Shown here piece after piece: positions 14,201-24,600 of a DNA stretch of 64,000 bases (the stretch's first letter is position 1; every line of letters begins with the position of its first letter). The DNA comes from Lingula anatina (taxonomy: Eukaryota > Animalia > Brachiopoda), in assembly GCA_051362555.1 (NCBI GenBank), contig CM120648.1, positions 18,224,587-18,288,586 on the forward strand, read 5' to 3'. Under the pieces are notes generated by a model. It did no database searches and was not told where the DNA came from. It saw nothing but the letters and a program-made list of their open reading frames with translations. Both the position numbers and the translations under genes were made by a program.

Positions 14201-15664
14201 TTTCTTTAAAGTTGAGTCATTTTCTGCTAGAATGGTGTTTGATATTATTCTTCTCTTTATTCTACAGCTGCTCCCCCTGATGACAGTGAATCACCTGCCT
14301 CTCCTGACAAAACAGCAGGTAAGTAGTGTACATGTACTAGTAAAACAAGATTCTCGTCTATTGCTCAGAATGTTCGAGAGTTGTTCTTAGCTTGTCGATT
14401 AAGTATGTGAGTTCCTGCATTCTTATTTTCATCAAACTGTATGAATAATGTTACATTGAAATTGACTATACCTTACAATTTTAATTGATTTTAATTAATG
14501 TTAAAACATTCAGTGTTTATCACCCCGTTATGTTTTGAGCTTACCCACTTGTATTCATCAGAGAGGATACATTTTTAAGAAAATTTTTATTTTCGCAAAT
14601 TGCCGATAAACCTTCAGAAACAGACGAAAGCTTCTAATGTATTTGATAACTGTTATCACAAAGTTAATTGACACTAAACACATTCAAATTTTGTCAATAA
14701 TTACAATACTTTTTAATGCTAAAAAATTTTAGTTTAACCGCACTGTTTATTGTACAGTCCCTTTCAAAGGTGACAGTGGATCTCATACCTCTGGGGAAGA
14801 AAACATGAGTAGTATAAGAATGTTGACGGTATGTCGATGTATGAACAATCCCTGACAGATGAAATAAATTAGATTGAAAGCATGTCTATTAAGATTAAGG
14901 TCTAGTATCTCTCTTTCTCAAACCCCCCCTTGAAGAAGGCACATAAGCTGAAAACTCAATCGGGCGCTTGATACCAATTATACTTATTACATGCATTTCA
15001 ATCTAATTTATCAATTTTTGTACAATATTTATACAATATACTGTGGGATAAATACGATGATTTGGATAAATATGCACGCATTGCAATACATCACAATATG
15101 CATTATGCTAAAATCAGTTAGTTTGGACATAGCTTATTGTATTATTTGCAGTGGCAGAAAGGGACCATCTACATGATATTGATAAGGGGCTATTGGAAAA
15201 AATCGAGAAAATTGCTCGAGGAGAACATGTGGAGCCAGAGAAACAGGTCACAATTTGGGATTTTGCAGGACAGGATGTCTACTACACCACGCACCAAACG
15301 TTCCTCTCAGAGCGGATCATCTACTTGTTGGTATTCCGACTTGACCAGGACCTCGATGATAAAATCCGTGTATACAGGGGAGAGAAGACGCTGAAAGGTA
15401 TTGTTGAGGTTTATGTATATATCTTTACATGTATAAGCTACTCAGGGCCCTCATGTAAATAATGGCCTGTCAACTGTGTGTAATTTCTTTATTAAAAGAC
15501 CCACATTTTTAAATCTCTCTATTGCTCTTAATATATATATATATATCATTGAATTTTTAGTAGTGTTAATTTTAAATGGTTCCGATGAGTGTTTTAGATT
15601 TTGATATTGTAGTAATTTTAAGGATTTTAGTTATATTATCCATTGTAAGCCGCCCAATAAGAAA

Positions 15665-15695
<31 letters not shown>

Positions 15696-18600
15696 TTATT
15701 ATTATATTAATTGGTGCAATTTTTTAGCAATGCTGAGGAGAAAACACTGATTAATATTCATCTTTGCAATAACCTCAAGGTTTTATATGTATTTTTCAGA
15801 GTTTATTATGTTTTGGTTAAACTCAATCCATATGCACACTATTGGAAAATTGAGGGAAGAAGACAAAAATGCCATGCCATACGTCTTGATTATTGGAACT
15901 CATAAGGACATGTTATGCCCACAGGTGAAAACGCTTTTCTTATCACAATTATTCAATTACTACCATACTTATTCTATGTATAATTTGTATCCCTTTAACC
16001 ATATCACATTGCGATTCCTGATGAGTGACTTAATTATTGTTACTATTGAAGTTGAATAGGAAGTCATACACTGGCAATCTAAATGTGACCTTGAAATTGA
16101 CCTTTGACCTACTTTTCACCACGAACTAACCTTTGCAAATTTTGCTTCCCTTTTATCTCCAAAACTGGCAGAGATAGGTCCATAGTTACTATTGAACTTG
16201 AATAGGAAGTCATATACTGGCAATCCAAATGTGACCTTGAAATTGACATTTGACCTACTTTTCACCATGAACTGAACTTTGCAAATTTTGCTGCCCTTTT
16301 ATCTCCAAAACTGGCAGAGATACGTCCAAAGTTACTATTGAAGTTGAATAGGAAGTCATAATCTGGCAATCTAAATGTGACCTTAAAATTGACCTTTGAC
16401 CTACTTTTCACCATGAACTGAACTCTGCTAATTTCTTTCTCTTTTAACTCCTAACCTGGCAGAGATAGGTCCATAGTTACTATTGAACTTGAATAGGAAG
16501 TCATATACTGGCAATCTTACTGTGAAATTGAACTTTGACCTACCTTTGATGAACTTTGATTGTACCATTTTAAGTTATATATATTTTTTTGCATATTTTG
16601 AAAATTCTTGTTGATTGCATTTTTACAGCTTGTCAAGCAAAAGTCTGGTGGCTGTGTCCCTTATTTTGTGTATGTGGGGGTCTATACGAATGTGCTTGCT
16701 CCAGCTGGTGGTACAATATTCGGAGGCGGTATCGCCTCTCTGATCCTCTAGTTTAGAAACTATTTGTGGATGGCATGATTAAATGTTTGGGGAAAAGGGT
16801 GTTCCTTGCCCCCTGTACTCCATCCTAATTTTATAGGTTGACCGTTCATTGCAACATACCCCATTTCTCAACTTGAACAAAGTGGACTATATCATATACA
16901 CACATACACATACACACACCCCGGTAAATGTTTTCTTTTGCACAGATATTTTAACATTATTATATGGTAATGAACAACAGCTACAAAAATGTCTTAACTA
17001 GTTTTTATTCACAGGGCGACGTTGAAAAGATTTTTGATAAACTCAAGAAGTGTCTCGACGACAGGCAGGTACTGAAGGACCACGTCTACCGATATTTTGC
17101 CATAAGCAACTTGGCCGAAGATGATGGGGAGTTCACTGAAATAAAAAAAGCGATCGAAGATTTGTGCGGTTATAGCAGCAACAGTATTGCTACCGTTCAA
17201 CATCTTTCAGTGAATTGGATTAAATTGGAAATGAATTTGGCAGAGAAGAGTGAAGAAACCCCCATCATATCTATTAAAAAACTGAGGGAAATGGCAAAAA
17301 GGGTAGGACTCCCCAATGAAGAATTACAAGGAAAATTCATTCCTTACCATCACCGTCAAGGCGACATCCTACACTTCAAAGTTGATGGACTGGAAAATGT
17401 CGTCATAATAGATCCACTTTGGTTAGCAGTTGTGTTTTCTGCCATCATGACCAATGCCAGCAGTCAGCCTGAAGGCAGTCACTTTGATCTCCTGAAAGAC
17501 GATCTGAAAAGAGGAGTGCTCAATGAGGAGGTATTTGATGAATATCTAAAACAAATCAAAATGGCCGAAAAAAAGACTGAAATCATTCAACTTATGCTGC
17601 ATTTCGACTTGATGTTAGAAATATCCCAAGCAGTTGAAAACCCTCTGCCTGGGTCTGGAAAGAGAAGATTCATCGTGCCCAGTATGCTGGTATCCAATAT
17701 CAGTGTAAATAACGCCTTGTCTGAGACGGATCCACAGAAATATTTGCTTATCGCATTCCCTCACATTCTATTTCCTATCGGGTTGTTTCATCGTCTGATC
17801 ATCCGTCTTCTTAGGAAGTATAGAGCTCAGGAATATAAACATAACATTCCAGTTGTTGGGTTTGACTATGCCTCCTTCCGTTTGGGAGACGAACAATCGG
17901 TGCTCCATCTCGCCATTGAAGAAAGGGCCATAAGAATGATGATAACAAATGCTACTGGAAACAAACCAAAACCTGACATATACTCCAACGCTCGGGAAAC
18001 TGTTGAAAAAGAACTGTCAACTCTTAAGGACACGTACTGTCCCAGTATGCAGTTAGGCTTTTCCATTCGGTTAAATGACAAAGGAAAAGATATTCCAATA
18101 AAAGCAGAAGACGTTCAAGAAAACGATGAGATATGTAGATCTGTAGAGGGCACTGAAATGCCAATCGATGTGACACCGTATCGTGTTTGGTTTTCAGGTA
18201 AGCATTAAAATTTTAGGTAGTTTTGCTGTAAACAGACATTATGTTCCTGAATATAATTAGGGGTAATATAGTCATTGAAATCAGTGATACTTAAACTGAT
18301 GTAAATGCAACTAATCATATTGGGTGATGTACTATGATGTACATGAAGAGAATTAATATTTCAAATTGTTGCCAATAAACCAAACTTTATATATTTTAAA
18401 ATAATGTAACTTGATAAATACCCAAAGGTATTTTTTATAATCCCCGAAAATGATATCTTTACAGATCTTATCAGCATTTTTCCCCTTGGCAAATTTTTGC
18501 CCATCGCCTTTGTTAGAACAGTATAAATATCGCCCACAAAGTCATGCAATTTATATTTTAATCATTCCAACAAAACGAGTTTTACATGGGCATCAACGTC

Positions 18601-21600
18601 TGTGTGAGGGTAAGACTGTTGCAGTTCTATGTGCCGAACATTTTTATGTACAGAAACAGATGTGCCTGTACATATAGCCGTCACCTGGGTCTGTCGTCGC
18701 AGTTGCCTTAGGCCATCGCCGTAGGCCGTCACCGTCGTCGCCGTTGCCGTGCACTCAGCAATAACATGATAAGTGGAATACCATTTTACATTTTGTATTC
18801 AAATTTGCATATATGTAGCACTGATAACACAATATAAAAAAAACAGATGGGCAAATTGCCATTATACTCACAGGACTGGTCAACCTTTCTAAAACGTAGG
18901 ACGAGTTCGAAAATCAGCATAATCGTGCCATTATTTTATAAGTTATGCTGTTTTTTCACATTTCTTCAGATTCAATTCTTAGGCATGTTAACAGTCTCAT
19001 TATTTAACTAATAAAATACCTAAAAGTGTTTATTTGACATTTCCTGCATCATTACAACATTGTTAGTTGATTATGTAAAAATGATGGTAAACTTGTTATC
19101 ATGTATTGTATAATAAAGTGTCAAAAATGGAAATAAACTCATATAATTGCAGTTTGTAAGATTCAATCATTCACTATGTTCAGAAACACAGAATGGAGGA
19201 AATTGGACATAAAACACTGTTCTATTGATATTTTTCACATCTCATCAATTTTCTAAGTTGATCATATGAAAATGGCAGTAAACTGTTAATTTTGTTATAT
19301 GTTAAAAAATTGTTAAAAATGGAAAAAAATGCATTTCAGGACAGTGCTGTCTTGTCTACATTTTGGCATTTTCAAGGTGCGACTTTGAAGTTCCATGGGC
19401 CTGAAGACCTTTGCTAGTCACATTTTCTGAATATCCGTGATACTAATATTTTATTATTAAAGATTGATGGTTATTATCCTGTTAAACATTATAATTAATT
19501 CCTTACCATCACCAGCAAGGTGACATCCTACACTTTAAAATTGATGGACTGGAAAATGTCGTCATAATAGATCCACTTTAGTTAGCAGTTGTGTTTTCTG
19601 CCATCATGACCCTGGCCAGCGTTCACTCTGGATGTAGTCGCGGCCATTTCCTGAAAGATGAGCTTGAAAGAGGAGTCCTAAAAGAGGAGGTATTTGATGA
19701 GTATCTAAAAGAATTTAAGATGGCCGAAAAAAAGACTGAAATCATTCGACTTATGCTGCATTTCGACTTGATGTTAGAAATATCCCAATCAGTTGAAAAC
19801 TCTCTGCCGGGACATGGAAAAAGAAGATTCGTCGTACCCAGTATGCTAGTATCAAATAACAGTGCAAATGAGACAAATCCGCAGAAATATTTGCTTATCG
19901 CATTCCCTCATATTCTGTTTCCTACTGGGTTATTAGTACAACCAGCGTGTACGCTGGCGGTACTCATGGTTTTAGTCCTGACCCGTCTCGTACAGCCCCG
20001 CCGGCTCCTGCGGCTCCTGCGGCTCCGCAGGATGACGTGGGATACAAGTCACCGTTACCCCTTCTCCTCCTAGACCGCAAGGACCTGTGTCCCCATCTCT
20101 TGGATTTAGGTCACATATAATCTCAACTTGAACACCCAGGTTTTTTTGTCTCAGTTGGTGTATTGACCTGGGCGTGACGCTCGTTGAAACGCACCCTTGT
20201 CAAAATTTTTGAAAATTCAATGCTAAATATCTCCCTAACCGATGGAATTATGGGAAAAATTTCTTCAGATGGCTGACCAAAAGTCATATGTGAGGATTTC
20301 AAATATGCCCTTGGATTTGACCTTTGACCTTTATTTCAAGGTCAAACGGGCCAAAATTTTCTAAAAATTGGAAATTTTTGCGAGAAAATTTTATTTCAGC
20401 CAATTTTCAGAAACTAAACAGATCTTACCTATAATATTATGGGCAGGTGTTACCCTTAGGGTCATCTTTCATTTTTGTGAGTTTGGGGTCAATTGGTGCA
20501 TTTTCATGGTAGCAGCGGCCATTAGATGTCGAAACTGAAAACTCTCTAATTCTGGTACTGTTAATGCTAGAGACCTCTTGTTTGATGCATTTTGTAGAAT
20601 TTGTCAAGGGCAACACTGGGGGGTGGTGTCTATTTTTTTGTTTTCAATACGGCTTAGGCATTGCACTATATCAAAACGTTCAACATACTAAATTCAGTGG
20701 TGAAAATAAAATGTGAAATACTCAAAAATTAGCAGAGATATGCCCATAGTTACTTTTGAACTTAAATAGGAAGTCATATACTGGTAATATAACTGTGACC
20801 TTGAAATTGACCTTTGACCTACTTTTCATGATAAACTGCACTTTGCAAGTTTTCTGATCTTTCTATCTCCAAAACTGGCAAAGATCAGCCATAGTTACTA
20901 TTGAACTTGAATAGGAAGTCATATAATGGCAATCTAACTGTGATCCTGAAATTGGCATTTGACCTAATTTTCACCATGAACTGAACTTTCAAATTTTCCA
21001 GCCCTTATATCTCTAAAACTGGCAGAGATACATCCATAGTTACTGTTGAACTTGAGTGGGAAGTCATATACTGGTAATCTAACTGTGACCTTGAAATTGA
21101 CCTTTGACCTACTTTTCACCATGAACTGAACTTTGAAAAAATTATCTCCCTTATATCTCAAAAACTGGCAGAGATAAGCCCATAGTTACTATTGAACCTA
21201 AATAGGAAGTCATATACTGGCAATCTAACTGTGACCTTGAAATTGACCTTTGACCTACTTTTTATGATGAACTGTACTTTGCATGTTTTCAGACCTTAAC
21301 ATTTCCAAAATTGGCAAGGAAATGCCCATAGTTACTATTGAACTTGAATAGAAAGTCATGTACTGTGACCTTGAAATTGACCTACTTTTTCATCATGAAC
21401 TGAACTTTGCATATTTTCTTGCCCCTCACATCTTTAAAACAAGCAGAGATATGCCCAGTGTTGCCCCTAGGTTTTCTCTTTTCTCAGCATATATGCAACA
21501 CTGATAACTCATTTCAAGGAAAAGCAATAGGCCTATTGTCCAGAAAATCACAGGAGTGATCAATGTTAGGAAAATACAGGCCAATTGGAAAATCCGCTTG

Positions 21601-24600
21601 ATTAGACCATTTTTATGTTATATTTTTTTTGATTTTTTTTCATATTTTGAGAATTCTTGTTTATTGCATAGAGCTTGTTAAGGACAAGACTGGTTGTGGT
21701 GTCCCTTTTTTTGGGGGGTTTTCCATTAGAATGTGCTTACTCCAGCTGGTGGTACAATATCCGGAGGCGGTATCGCCTCTGTGATCCTCTAGTTTCATCG
21801 TCTGATCATCCGTCTTCTAAGGAAGTATAAAGCTCAACAATATAAAAATAACATCCCAGTTGTCGGGTTTGACAGCGCCTCCTTCCGCCTGGCTGATAAA
21901 CAGTCGGTGCTGCATCTCGCCATTGAAAATAAGGCCATGAAGTTGTTTATAACTAACGCCACTGGACTCCCTCCAAAGACTCACGTGTACTCAGAAGCAA
22001 CAAAAACAGTTGAAAACGAGTTGACAGTCCTTCGGGATACATACTGCCCCAGGATGCATTTTGGCTACAGCATCAGGTTAAAAAATGACGGACCCAATAT
22101 TCCAATAAATGCGCATGACGTCCAAACGGGCGATTCCATATGTGTGTATGTAGAGAACTCTGAAGTGTTGGTAGATTTAAGGCCATATCGCGTTTGGTTT
22201 TCCGGTAAGCAGTTTGAAATATCACGTAGTGTTGTTGTGAATAGACATTAGGCCCAATGCTATTTTAACATAGAACATGCATTCCGTGTTAATTGGTTCA
22301 CAGATCTTAACATTTTAAAAGATCCCTGATTACACAGCATGTAATATCTGAAACCAGATACCATTAGAAAATTTAGGTTTGATTAGTTTTAATTTTTAAA
22401 ATAATTTTTCTTGAAAAATATATTAAGGATATTTCTGTTTTGTACATATATTTTTGAAAATATTGATTTTTTACACAAACACTAATGACTTTCAACGTTA
22501 GTTATTTCTTATGAATACACAATTGTATATGCAATAGACTAAAAAATGCTCAATTAGAAATTAATGGGAAAATTTATATTAATCTACCCTTCTTAAATGA
22601 ACTATGTACTTGTTTGTAACATTTTTATTAGAAACAAAAGGCAAGATATCGTATTCAGATTTTACTCAAACATGTTATGAATTAGCAACCTGTGATAACA
22701 AGTCATTAGAAACATGTCAGTGAGAAATAAAACCAAAATTAACAATCATTTCGGAATGACACTTGGATTTTGAAAGGAAAAGTACGGCGTATGATAGGAC
22801 ATAAAGTATTTTAATGGGGCCCTAGAGGCCAAGTGCCAATATATAATATATATTAGGCCAATCTTACCATTTTAGCAGCCCCAGAGAATCAAGACCGTCG
22901 TGCAGCCAAGTGTCCTGAAAACGAGGCAAGTTATGAGCTTTTAAATACGTTTGTGTCTAAGTACTGCGCAGCAAACACAGAACGTTATTATAACGTTACC
23001 ATATCATATGTCCAAAAACATTTTGGTAACATTATAGTAACGTGTTTGCTGACCATTATCCTCACTTGCACAAGTTTTAGTAAGACCATGAAATTAAATG
23101 TACTTGTATATACACAATCGTAAGAAAAATTGGATACACTTAGGCATAAATGCGCACTTTTCACTCTGTTACACTTGCTATACGACCTCCGATATTTCTA
23201 ATGATAAATTTCACATAAAGACAGTGTATGTGTGCGTTTCAGTACAAGAACGATTCCGAACCAAGAGGTCGTGCACTCATTATCAACAACAAGACATTTT
23301 CCGTGGACTGGCTTCCAGAACGTGATGGTACCGAGGTAGATGTTGTTGCCTTGAGGAAACTATTCCGTTACCTCCATTATGAGACAGACGTTATTAGTAA
23401 CCTGACTGCACATGTGAGTTCATTAATAAGATCATGGTGTGTTTGTAATAAAACGAACATCGTGAAAGCCAAATGGCTTTTAGGTTTCAAAGACTAACAT
23501 ACTTTTTGGTGATATCTCAATATATTTATCAGTGACACAAAGATGATACAATTGATACTTGAACCTTTTGGTTCAAAACAGGTGTTGTCAAACAAACTTT
23601 TCGGTCACATTTTATTATGTTTATCTATTTCACTGCAATATATTTTTCTACTAAAATGAAGCTTTTCACTTGTTTTTGTTCATTGCATGTATTTGTATTT
23701 TTATGAGAGATGTACGGTACACTGAATAGTTATACAACATTGGTCAAAAAGGTTGTCCCACCCCTATCTCCATGTACTTTAAAAAACAACCCCATAAAAA
23801 CCTGTGCCAAATCCCCCATCTTGTTTAAGAAGAATCGGACAAGTCTTTTCAATTTTATAGACATTTCTTTACATCTGTAGAAATCACAGTGAAACAGTTG
23901 AATCGAGGGGTACCTCTTATAAATTTAACTAAATGGTATAAAATGTGTATATTTTCACCACTATTTTGTTTTTTTTTTAACCATGAATCATCTTAGACAC
24001 GGTATCCGTAATAAAAAGCACTATTTCTAACAGTTCACAGCTGTGAGGTGATCATTTGAAAATAAAAGTGCATGGAAATGGGGGTGGGACAACCATTTGA
24101 CCAATGTTGTATACAAACAGACATGGCGTACAATCTACAAATATAGCACCATATGTCCGTCCTCGGTGGCTACTGCCTTTCACATTCTCTGTTAGCGTCA
24201 AGTATGAATTGATGCTTTACGCTGTCGTTGATAACCCAATTCCGTACGTACCACGTCTCTGCAGTCATTGCATGCTATTCCGTTTGAAGTACACTATGTT
24301 TTTATGTTACTTCTTCTTTTATTTTAATGTGTAAAGGAAATGAAGGAAGAAATAGAACAAGAAAGTCAAAGAGACGATCACAAGATCTACGATTCTTTCA
24401 TCTTGTTTCTACTGAGCCATGGTAACGAGGGTGCTGTTTATGGAACGGATGGCTATCCTTTACCCTTCAAATATATCAAAGCCATTTTGAATAACAGGAA
24501 CTGTCTTGGCCTGTCGGGCAAACCGAAAATGATATTTATTCAGGCTTGCCAGGGAAGTAAGTTATGGAATGTATTACACAAGCTTGAATACCTGCGATGA

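Noticed and set aside
14758-14828. Candidate extra exon in the Roc insert (PFKGDSGSHTSGEENMSSIRMLT)
   Set aside because: Splice sites look good, but it ends in phase 0 while the next exon needs phase 1; left out of the model.
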